Positions 12,529-23,199 of a stretch of 64,000 nucleotides of DNA are shown here, one piece after another. The notes under the pieces were generated by a model. It had not been told where the DNA came from. It did no database searches and saw only the letters and a list, made by a program, of their open reading frames with translations. Within the stretch, counting starts at the first letter, position 1. Each line of letters opens with the position of its first letter. Source of the DNA: Squalus acanthias (lineage: Eukaryota); NCBI GenBank assembly GCA_030390025.1, contig CM059452.1, positions 16,988,001 to 17,052,000 on the forward strand, read 5' to 3'. A program made the translations under genes and the position numbers.

Positions 12529-12707
12529 ATGATGTTCTTCAGGAAGGGCGTCAGACCAGCCCCAGCCGACGATCTCAGTTCTTTCTATTTGATGTTCTTC
12601 AGGAAGTGGTATCAGACCAGCCCCAGCCGACGATCTTAGTCCTTTCTATTTGATGTTCTGCGGGTTTCTGAGACGCAAAAACTCCCTAGAATTCCGAAGC
12701 AGCAGCA

Positions 12708-12753
12708 ATGCGGCTCCCCATTCTCGCTGTGGTGTGGGTGACATGCATTTTTG
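12708..12753 (+). pseudogene. Leader exon of TCR V pseudogene psiV2
   Basis: ATG...MRLPILAVVWVTCIF + G|GTAAG: a hydrophobic signal peptide with a phase-1 donor, compatible with the V exon at 13475. Confidence 0.8.
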
Positions 12754-12799
12754 GTAAGAGGTTTCTAACTTTTAAACTGAGTTCATTTCTGGAGGAATA

Positions 12800-13390
12800 T
12801 AATTAAAAACCAGAGAGGTTATGTTAAATTGTATGGACCCTTGCTTGAACCAGACTTGGAGGATTGTGCACAGTTCCGGTCTCCAAATTATAAGAAAGAT
12901 ATAGGGGCATGGGCGAAGGTACCAAAAAATACAAGGATGATAGTAGAACTGAAAATTAAAACTATCAGTAAAGACTAAACAAGCTGGGGCTCCTTTCTTC
13001 AGTTAACAGAAGGCTGAGAGGTGACATTATAGAGGTATTTAAAATTATGAAGGCTTTGATAGGATATACGTAGTGAAGATGATTTCACTTGTGGCGGATT
13101 CCAAAACTAAGGGCCAGAAATGTAAGATAATCACAAAAAAATCCAATAGAGAATTCAGGTAAAATGTCTTTACCAAACGAGTCGTGAGAATGTGGAACTC
13201 AGTACCACATGGAGTGTTTGAGGCGAATATCAGAGATACATTTAAGGGGAATCTGGATAAGAGCATGAGGGAGAAAGGAATAAAAGTTATGCTGTTATCT
13301 GAGGCTCGTGTGGAGCATAAACACCGGCACAGACCGGTTGGGCCAAATGAACTATTTCAATGCTTTAAATTCTATTTAATTTTATGTAAA
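12800..13390 (+). mobile_element. Degenerate CR1 3' fragment in the leader-V intron
   Basis: RMWNSVPHGVFEANIRDTFKGNLDK and a CR1-type 3'UTR. Confidence 0.8.
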
Positions 13391-13474
13391 ACTCACTGCG
13401 CATTTTCACTTTCAATGTGGTTCAGTTTGAACTTTGAATCGATGATTTCCGCTTTCTTTAATCGTGTGTTCCTG

Positions 13475-13783
13475 ATCTGAGCGATGGAGATTCTGTTACT
13501 CAGCGGGAGTCCTCGCTCACACAGGCAGAGGGAGAAGATGCCACTTTTACCCGCACCCATCCCGGCGATGGTTATTACTTGTTCTGCTACCGTCAATACC
13601 CGGGCAGAAAGCCCGAGTTTGCAGTCCAGAGGATACAAGGACCGCGGTTCTGAATATCTGTCTGATTTTGCTCAAAACCGGTTTTCTGATACAGTCCAGC
13701 AGTCAGACAAGTTGTACCGATTGACCATCTCGGGGCTGCGGCTGTCTGACATACACCGCGTGGTATTACTGTGCACCGAGGCT
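13475..13783 (+). pseudogene. TCR alpha/delta-type V exon pseudogene (psiV2)
   Basis: (D)LSDGDSVTQRESSLTQAEGEDATFTRTHPGDGYYLFCYRQYPGRKPEF / SDFAQNRFSDTVQQSDKLYRLTISGLRLSD / TAWYYCAPR. Lesions: acceptor AG>TG (13473-13474), Cys23>Arg, Trp41>Cys and two frameshifts. Confidence 0.9.
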
Positions 13784-13821
13784 CACAGTGATCCAAAGAG
13801 CTAAAGCCACGCACAATAACT
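13784..13821 (+). promoter_or_regulatory. 22-bp-spacer RSS of psiV2
   Basis: Perfect heptamer CACAGTG (13784-13790), 22-nt spacer, nonamer ACAATAACT (13813-13821). Confidence 0.8.
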
Positions 13822-14279
13822 GCCGCACGTTTCTGGGGAACAGCTACTGTCTGTTGCGGCCTGTTTATCACAGCGGGTCAAACACTGACACGTGAATACA
13901 TTCCTGTGCGCGCAGACCCGAGCGCAAACCACATAAAACTCATATAAAACCGTTCACATCGAATACTGATAACATCTGATTTTTGTATTAACTGGGCGAG
14001 CGCAGAATTGGCTGCTTTTTCCGTGTATCTCTGGGAACTCGCCATTCCCATTGAGAAAACAAGCTCACATGCAGGTGGCCCGGAACTGGTTATATCGGTG
14101 AACCGCTGCTTCAGATCTAACGCACGGCAAACGGGCAAATAATGATTGGTTTAAAATATCAGTCGACAGTGTAGACAGAGGCGTCTCAGAGGGGAAAGAC
14201 CCCCAAAATTATAATAAATTTATTAAACAATTCTCCATATTAAAGACACTTATACATATTAAAAATAAGAATATATGCT

Positions 14280-14868
14280 AATACATGCTAAACCTATATC
14301 GACACTTTTTTAGACCATACTTCCAGTACTGTGTACAGTTCTGATCGCAGTATTATAAAAAGGACACAGAAGCAGCGAAGATTTACAAGGATGACACCAG
14401 AAATACGAGGGTGTACCTATCAGGAAAGGATGAACAGGTTATGTCTCTTTTCTGTTGAAAAAAGAAGGTTGAGGGTTGACCTAATAGAGGTCTTTAAAAT
14501 TATGAACAATTTTGATAGAGTGGATATAGAGAGAATATTTCCACTTGTGGGGAAGAGCATAACTAGTGGCCATCAATATAAGATAGTCACCAAGAAACCC
14601 AATAGGGAATTCAGGAGAAATTTCATTGCACAAAAAGTGGGGAGAATGCGGAACTCGCTACCACAGGGAGTGGTTGAAGCGAATAGTATAGATGCATTTA
14701 AGGGGAGGCTAAACACGCGTATGAGGGAGAAGGGAATAGAGGGTTACAGATAGAGTTAGATAAGGAAAGACGGGAGGTGGCTGGTTTGGTGCATAAACGC
14801 CGGCATGGACTGGCTGGGCAGAATGGCCTGTTGCTGTACCGTACATCCAATGTAATACTATGTAATCT
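14280..14868 (+). mobile_element. CR1 3' fragment
   Basis: QRRFTRM...EKRRLRVDLIEVFK...NSLPQGVVEANSIDAFKGRL plus 3'UTR. Confidence 0.85.
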
Positions 14869-16071
14869 GATTTTTTAACTGGTTCCAGGAGCTCTCATTG
14901 AGGGCAAGATTAGAAGCCGATGAGCAAACACTACTGGACTAATAATCTGCAAGGACAGACATTGTGTGCTCTAGACACCGGGCAAGATAGTCAGAAGACC
15001 AACTGAAAAAAAGCCTAATGGAGATGGTATCAGAAAAAATGTGCTAGTGAGCTTCAAACCGTGTAAAGAACAATGCACAAAGACTAGATAACATCGCGCA
15101 GAATCACTAAAGATAATGACATAATTTAGAAGATGATTTAATGGGTTAACGTGTTACGTATTAATTAAAAATAACCAGAAGGTGTTGACATGTTGCCATC
15201 ACCTTAACAAGACATTGCTAAGACTACAACAGGCACAGCAAACAAAAGATCAAAACAACTGAAAGATCCGAGCTTGAGGCAATCAAGGAACAAGATGTCG
15301 ACGCTGCTCACATTAGGAACAGGTAATAAGACTTCTATTGTATCTGTGGCTTTAGCTGGAAACATTGTTAGCAATCTGACTGATTAACTGGGCTTTGTGT
15401 TATACTTAGTAAAAGTAGTTATTTGTCACAACCGTTTTGGGAAATTATCCTTCTGATCGTCTGACATGGGTAAGTCGTTAAAATTATCGTCACAGAATTG
15501 AAGGCAAAATTACCGAGGAGTAAATCTGATTTATTCCTCTGGATGGCAGCAAATCCCCTGGAATCACCCGGCCGCCGATACAAGAGTTCACACGCAGTGT
15601 CGGCCGTTAACCACTGAACTAAGGTAAGTGGAAATAAGCTCATCCACCAGCTGGTCTGGGAATTGCTTATCAGCAACTAAGTGATGTAAAATCGTTTTGT
15701 GCTCCCAGAAATCACTCGGGTTAAATTGGTGAATTCATCTGTCCTCAGAGGAACAGATTCTCCAGCCTGTCTCCGTCTCACACGATGGTCCCTTGTAAAG
15801 AAAAAGAGAGTTCGGTCACTTCTACAAATTCTAACGCGCATTATGTCAATACCTTCACAATCAGGTATAAGATGATCTGGTAAGAAGTGTGAAAGTTCAT
15901 TCTCACCATAAAATGCATCTTTTGCCGTTTGATATTTCACCCTGCGGCTTAAATTTATTGTCCGCCTGCTTCCACAAGGAGCGGTAGTGTTTCTTGTTTC
16001 CTTTTCTTGGGTTGAATCAGTCATTCACCGATTGGGTTGATGAACGGTCAACACCTCCTTTAATTTATAGT

Positions 16072-17479
16072 GAGATGTCCCAGAACACCAGGTTATAGTC
16101 CAACAGTTTTATTTGAAATCACAAGCTTTCGGAGCGCTGCTCCTTTGTCAGGTGAAGTGAAGAGATGCATATCGGCACAGCATATATAGTCAGAGAACAC
16201 TGCCAGATGATTACAGTTAATCTTTCCAACTGCCCTTTATCACACCTCGGCAGAGAGATCCACGGCGAAGAATCACATAAAAGATTACATGATAACATCA
16301 ACAAGTTCCATCCCACCATCAAACTCACCATGGACTACTCCTCAGAATCGGTTTCATTCTTGGACACACGAATCTCCATCAAAGACGGACTCCTCAGCAC
16401 TTCACTCTACCGCAAGCCCACGCACAACCTCACGATGCTCCACTTCTCCAGCTTCCACCCGAACCACGTTACCGAAGCCAACCCCTATGGACAAGCCCTG
16501 CGAATAAACAGGATCTGCTCAGACGAGGAGGAACGCGATGGACACCTACAGACGCTGAAAGACATCCTCGTAAGAACGGGATATGACGCTCGACTCGTCG
16601 TTCGACAGTTCCGACGGGCCACAGCGAAATATCGCATAGACCTCCTCAGAAGACAAACACAGGACACAAACAACAGAGTACGCTACGTCGTCCAGTACTT
16701 CCCTGGAGCGGACAATCTATGCTATGTTCTTCGCAGCCTTCAACATGTCATCGATGATGACGAACACCTTGCTAAGGGCATCCCCACGCCTCCACTACTC
16801 GCCTTCAAACAGCCGCCTAACCTCAAACAGACCATCGTTCGCATCAAATTACCCAGCTGTCAGGAGAACAGCGACCACGACACCACACAACCCTGCCACG
16901 GCAACCTCTGCAAGACATGCCAGATCATCAACACAGATACCATCATCACACATGAGGACACCACCCACCAGGTACATGGTACATACTCATGTGACTCGGC
17001 CAATGTTGTCTACCTCATACGCTGTAGGAAAGGATACCCCGGAGCAAGGTACATCGGCGAGACCATGCAGACACTGCGACAACGTATGAACGGACACCGC
17101 ACAACAATCGCCAGGCAGGAGAGTTCACTCCCTGTCGGGGAACACTTCAGCAGTCAAGGACATTCAGTCTCCGATCTTCAGGTAAGCGTTCTCCAAGGTG
17201 GCCTTCGAGACACACGACAATGCAAAATCGTCGAGCAGAAACTGATAACCAAGTTCTGCACCCATGAGGACGGCCTCAACCGGGACTTGGGTTCATGTCA
17301 CGCTACATGTAACCCCACCTGACGTAGAGTCATTCAGACTCGAGTCGTCGTTGGCTTGTTCTCTCTACACAGATGCGGCCGTACCTGCTGTGATTTCCAG
17401 TAAAAAAAAATGTTTTTTCCATACAGACCACAGCATCTGCCACATTTGACCCCTTGTACCCCACCGGCATCTCCACATC
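16072..17479 (+). mobile_element. Penelope-like element (RT thumb + GIY-YIG) with inverted terminal fragment at its 5' end
   Basis: ORF 16165-17322 contains FLDTRISI, YRKPT, NVVYLIRC and RYIGETMQ. A 12-bp TSD, TTAATTTATAGT, occurs at 16060-16071 and 17480-17491. An antisense terminal piece at ~16082-16160 carries a mutated hammerhead core. Confidence 0.9.
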
Positions 17480-18009
17480 TTAATTTATAGTAACATGAGA
17501 ACAGGAGCAGGCAACTTAGCTATTTTTTAACGTAATTCCTGCAATGGATGTCCAATCGGTTTAGATATTCCCTCCGCTCCGCAGGACACCCGCAGACTGT
17601 CGGGAGCAACAACCCGGGCAGCTCCCGGCTGCAGGAGGTTGGGTTTGGATTCACTTAGTTAAAGACTCGGCCCAAGAGGGCTGCGGCTGCCACAATTCAC
17701 AGCGGCAGTGAAAAGCCCCATTGTGACAAGGGCCGCGATGCAATCTGGGAGAACAGTTCGTGCATGCGCACCTTGCCAACCGCATTAACGACAGCTTTTA
17801 TGCTCTCACCGACCAAAACTTTCACTTATGTCGGTTTAGATCGAACTGTTTTAATTTGATGGCTGAAATGCACAGCGTCTTCCGTCACAAAAACACGGCC
17901 GTGGGACCTTACACAAACCTGGCCGATAACGTCACACAAACATGGCCGACAGTACGTCACACAAAGATCACCGAGGTAACGTAATACAAACATGGCCGCT
18001 GGTTTGCCC

Positions 18010-18200
18010 TGCAGTGGGTGACGCCACAATCGTTTCAGTCCGTCGGAGTACCGTGTTTGACTGTTTCTCCCATTGATTCAGGGTCAGGGGGTCACGGGCC
18101 GTCTCCAGCCTCCGTTCAGCGCTAAAGAGCCGCGATTTATGCAGCCTATGACCCCTGACTCAGGGCGGTGACCTGGGGGGTCAGTCCGGGTTCTCTGAAA
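18010..18200 (-). promoter_or_regulatory. CpG-rich promoter-like element, homologous (inverted) to 59225-59420
   Basis: Aligns by eye with the reverse complement of 59225-59420. Contains RGGTCA direct repeats and TGACG. YY1-like AACATGGCCG motifs lie just to the left. Function is inferred. Confidence 0.45.
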
Positions 18201-18639
18201 TTTGCGCTGCACTCGCTGAGAACCTCCGAGCCTGGAGACAGAACAGAGAGTCGGAGAGAAACAGCGATGGTGGGTAAAGGTAATTGGAGCTTAGAAAGGC
18301 GGGAGAGAGATTGGGGCAGAGACAGAGTTTACTCACCAAATCCATCCCATCCCAAAATTACTTCAAAGGCCCTTCAGTCGCGCGTTGATACTTCCATCCA
18401 GCAACCCGTTGTGCTATTCCACTACAGGAGACCTCACGCCTGAACATCCAGAGTTTAGAGGAAAAGCATCCACGCATCAGAAGTAAAATGTTGGAAAATA
18501 CTCGGGTCTGACCAGAAACCTCTGGAGATGTTTCCGTGATCGGGAGGCTCCGAAAGAAAGATGAGACGTTGAAGGACAGGGTCCCAAAGTTAAGGGGTAA
18601 AGAGAGCGAATGTCACCAGCGGATCCATGCGTAATCTTA

Positions 18640-19190
18640 AGTGAGTTCAGGGAGATGGTATCAGAGGGAATGGAGCAGAGCAGGGTGAAAAGATCCCTGG
18701 GGTGATGGTCAGTATGTTCTGCTAGATGGTATCAGAGGGAATGGAGGAGAGTCGGGAGGAAGGATACCTGGGGTGAGGTTCAGTGAGTTCAGGGAGATGA
18801 TGTCAGAGGGAATGGAGCAGAGCAGGGAGAAAGGATCCCTGGGGTGATGTTCAGAGAGTTCAGGTAGATGGTATCAGAGGGAATGGAGGAGAGTCGGGAG
18901 AAAGGAAACCTGGGGTGATGTTCAGTGTGTTCAGGTAGATGGTATCAGAGGGAATGGAGGGGAGCAGGGAGACAGGATCCCTGGGATGATGTTCAGTGAG
19001 TTCAGGGAGATGGTATCAGAGGGAATGGAGGAGAGTCGGGAGAAAGGAAACCTGGGGTGATGTTCAGTGTGTTCAGGTAGATGGTATGAGAGCGAATGGA
19101 GGGTAACAGGGAGACAGGATCCCTGGGATGATGTTCAGTGAGTTCAGGGAGATGATATCAGAGGAATGGAGGAGAGCAGGGAGAAACGTA
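18640..19190. repeat. Purine-rich tandem repeat, ~71-bp unit (GTTCAGGGAGATGGTATCAGAGGGAATGGAG...)
   Basis: About 7-8 visible copies. Confidence 0.85.
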
Positions 19191-19649
19191 ATCTGGAAAC
19201 AGGAGACAGAGGGTAAGGGTTAAAGGGTGTTGCTGAGATTGGAGAAGGGTTGGAAGTGATTACTTTTATCCGTGGTCTGTGTAAAACATCTGTACTCGGG
19301 ACTCCTTTAAAGAGGTTAATCCAAATAAAAAATACATTCAATACTGTGGAGGGTTCCATTCGTGCACATGGCCTGAGCAAAACTAAAATGATTTTGCCCG
19401 TCTATCACACAACCTGTAACCCAGCGCGGCCCACTGGCTCAGAAGGCTCAAAAATACCCGCGGATACCCTGTGAACCCTCCTCTCATTTGTGTCAAATAC
19501 TGTCTAAAAGCTTGAGACAGTCTATGTGCATAACTGCAAAAATGGAGCGAGTACAACAGAAAACGGTCGAAATAGTGTTTGTGTGTCTGATAGGCCCAAG
19601 GCTCTGGGAATCATTCCCAGGGTTGCGCTCCATGGTGTGTTTATGTCAG

Positions 19650-20690
19650 ATATCTAACCGTGCTGTACCTGGTCTGGGAGTGTGTGATGAGACAGTGTAG
19701 AGGGTGCTTTACTCTGTAACAAACCCGTGTTCTACCTGTCCTGGGAGTGTTTGATGGGACAATGCAGAGGAGCTGTACTCTGTATCAAACCCGTGCTGTA
19801 CCTGCCCTCGGAGTGTTTGATGGGACAGTGTAGAGGGAGCTTTACTCAGTACCCAAACCGTGCTGCACCTGCCCTGAGAGTGTTTGATGGGACAGTGTCG
19901 AGGGAGCTTTACTCTGTATCTAACCCATGTTTACCTGTCCTGGGAGTGTTTGACGGGACAGTATAGAGGGAGCTTTACTCTGTATCTAACCCGTGTTTAC
20001 CTGTCCTGGGAGTGTTTGACGGGACAGTATAGAGGGAATTTACTCTGTATCTAACCCGTGTTTACCTGTCCTGGGAGTGTTTGATGGGACAGTGCAGAGG
20101 GAGCTTTACTCTGTATCTAACCCATGCTGTACCTGCCCTGAGAGTGTTTGATGGGAAAGTTTAGAGGAAGCTTTTCTCTGTATCTAACTCATGCTGTACC
20201 TGCCCTGGGGTGTTTGATGTGACAGTGTAGAGGGAGCTTTACTCTGTATCTAACCCGTGTTGTACCTGCCCTGGGAGTGTTTGATGGGACAGTGTAGAGG
20301 GAGCTTTACACTGTATCTAACCCGTGCTGTACCTGCCCTGGGAGTGATTGATGGGACAGTGTAGAGGGTATTTTACTCTGTATCTAACCGTGCTGTACCT
20401 GCACTGGGAGTGTTTGATGGGCCAGTGTAGAGGGAGCTTTACTCTGTATCTAACCCGTCCTGTACCTGCCCTGGGAGTGTTTGATGGGACAGTGTAGAAG
20501 GAGCGTTACTCTTTATCTAACCCGTCCTGTACCTGCTCTGGGAGTTTTTGATGAGAACGTGTAGAGGGAGCTTTACTTTTTATCTGAACCGTGTTGTACC
20601 TGACCTGGGAGTTTGTGGTGGTACATTTTAGAGGGAGCCTTTTCTTCATCTAACCAGTGGTGTACCTGCCCTGGGAGTGTTTGATGGGGT
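19650..20690 (+). repeat. 67-bp tandem repeat CTGTATCTAACCCGTGCTGTACCTGCCCTGGGAGTGTTTGATGGGACAGTGTAGAGGGAGCTTTACT
   Basis: About 15 copies. The same unit occurs inverted at 51320-51700, so this is a dispersed satellite family. Confidence 0.92.
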
Positions 20691-21177
20691 ATTTAATGCG
20701 TGATTTACTCTGCCATGGACTGCACTTTATCAAGGTGTAATGGAGCAGAGCTCTGCTCTGCAATAGAACCTGACATGATTCTACAGACCATAATATTGGA
20801 GGAGACTGCATGGTGCGCCTGGTCGCTGTGCAGTCATTCCACCTATTGGGTCTTACATAAAAAGGCCTGGCTAAAAATGTCTTTTCTCTGAGGGGACACT
20901 GGGTGGCGCAGTGGCTCCTTAACCGAAGGGTCTTGATTGAATCTCAACCCAGACAGGACAGGGGAAATACCTGCAGGGGAAATAAATAAAGTGTGATAGG
21001 GAAAATGGAGCTGTGTAGAGTAGCCTCGGAGAAAGAATTCAGCAATGTCTAAGTTAGAAAATTTGTCATTCCAGATTTATTAACAATTTCACAGAGTACG
21101 ATTTACAAAGAACGTTTAAAAAGGTAACACAAAGTGGATATAATAAACAATTGTGAATTAGAAATGAGAAAAGTGAT

Positions 21178-21187
21178 TTATTTTCAC
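21178..21187 (-). pseudogene. Possible degenerate IgM TM2 exon
   Basis: Minus strand reads ...ATATTTCAC|GTGAAAATAA, which could be a mutated acceptor plus VK-stop with 1 extra A. An AATAAA follows at 21076-21081. Very short, so weak support. Confidence 0.3.
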
Positions 21188-21566
21188 GTGAAATATTCAA
21201 ATAACTCTAAGATACATTTACATTATAGCCACGATTATCTCACACATTTCAAACAGAAAGACAGAATCCCATTGATATTTTTCTCAGCGATACATTCTGA
21301 TCTTTTAACTAAAGGCATTCTACTTTGGGAATCACCAAGAGAACATATTTTATTTTCAGAACACAGCGATGTTAATAAACAGATGAGGAAAATCCACGGC
21401 GTTCGAAATTCAACCGATAAATCGGCTTATAAAAGAGGGATAAAATAATGAAGCAGATGTTTCGTTCTCTACGACATTTATCTCACGGTTTTTATCAATG
21501 AAACGTTTAGAGATTTGTCAAACCGCTTCAGTCAGGTTTAAGTGTGAGTGGATTGAATCTTCTCAC

Positions 21567-21694
21567 CTTCACCAGAGTGACGGCAGCGCTGTATGAAATG
21601 CTCAGGAAGAACAGGAGGATGAATGTGGAAGCGGTTGTCCAGATGCTGCCGCTCTCTTCCTCATAGTCTTCAATCCAGATGTGGTCTGAGGAAT
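21567..21694 (-). pseudogene. IGHM: IgM heavy chain TM1 exon (open reading frame, part of pseudogene)
   Basis: TAG|(D)SSDHIWIEDYEEESGSIWTTASTFILLFFLSISYSAAVTLVK|GTGAG: acidic spacer plus the conserved antigen-receptor TM (CART) motif. Phase 1, matching the CH4 cryptic donor. Confidence 0.95.
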
Positions 21695-22319
21695 CTACGG
21701 GCATGTAGAGGAGGAAATATATTCAGATCTTTTATTAATCCAGGATATCATATTATTATTATATATTATCTTTTCATTTCCTTAACGGATTCGTTTGTTC
21801 TCTCATTTAATTTACAATGTATATCTTGTGTTAAGTTAATCACTCTCAGCATGTATCTCTGTTCCTAACTCCACAGTCGCTCTTCCTTTATGATCCTCAT
21901 GTAGTCCGTGTTGGAAAACGTGATATTATTTCCTCCCTGTCAGACGCTAATTGATTTTCTTCAATTCCTTACGATCTATCGTTCGGGACCAATATGATGC
22001 AATATCGAGGCAGGTTTACTGATTGATATCGATTATTTTAACGATAGCTACTTATTTGGAGACTGTCAAGGGGACTGGGTGAGAGATAAGATGTGAGCTA
22101 GAAGCGTATTTCTTTTTTTATTTGTTATTGCAATGCTCTGAACGTAATTAAATTGTCTCAGTTTCCTACTGAGAACTTTGATTCAGTGTATGTGTAGGAC
22201 CAGAATAGAGAAATAGAGATGTTATGGTATTAGGAATTATTTATTCAGGACAATCGTTGGAGACTGTGTCCGTTCAAAAAGTGCACTTTAATACGACATT
22301 CTTCTATAGCCTGACGTTT

Positions 22320-22920
22320 CTGTGCGCTTTAGTGTTTGCTTATGTGTGTATGACTATCACTTATTTTGCTTTAGTTTATGTTTGTATGTTAATGTGTGTG
22401 TTTACCTTAAGTGTGTGTGTTGAAGCATAAGCATGTGCGTTTGCGGTTTGTGTGTAAGTGTGTGTGTTTATGTGTAATTCGATGTAAGTGTGTTATGTGT
22501 AAGAGTGCGTGTGCGTGTATTTTTGTAAGTTTGTATATGTTTATGTATGTATCTCTGTGTGTTTTTGTGTAAATGTGTGTGTTTAAATGTAAGTGCGTGT
22601 GTTTATGTTTAACTGTGTTTGTGTTTTGTGTAAGTGTGTTCATGTGTATGGTTATGTGTAAGTGTTTGTGCTGATGTGTGTTTATGCGTGTGTCTGTGCG
22701 TGTGAGTTAATGCGTGTGCTTGTGTGTGTTTTGTGTAAGGGTGCGTTTGAGTATTTTTGCTGTTGTTAAAAGTTTCAGAGAGTACTAATAACTGGGTCTG
22801 CCATTGATGATGTGGATTTTAATCTGGGTAAGTGTAATGTGTCTGGGTGTCAATGTGTGTTTATGTGTAAGTCTGTGTGTGTTTATGTGTAAGTCTGTGT
22901 GTGTTTATGTGTAAGTGTGC
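22320..22920. repeat. Degenerate (TG)n low-complexity tract
   Basis: Imperfect GT dinucleotide runs. Confidence 0.9.
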
Positions 22921-23199
22921 ACAGAGCGGGTGGAATGCAACATTTCAAACGATGGGCATCAGCAACATCAGAGACACAACCGGGAGAAACTAGCTTAGAT
23001 CTGGACTGTTAGAACACAATCTGTTAATTTACGAATAAAAGGGAAACATTTACCCCAAGCCCTATTTAAAGATAATACGAAGAAAAAATATTTGTTTTAC
23101 AATAGGATTCCCATGGGGCAATGTTAACATTTTCCGACAGTGAGTTAGAAGCTGACTTTTACTGATAACAACTGACTTTATATAATTCAGAATTGGTTT

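Noticed and set aside
15150-15432. Possible solo LTR (TGTTAC...AGTAAA...CACAAC)
   Set aside because: No TSD, PBS/PPT or second copy is visible, so it cannot be supported.
17871-17895. RSS-like CACAGCG...ACAAAAACA
   Set aside because: The spacer is only 9 bp and there is no adjacent V/D/J coding sequence.
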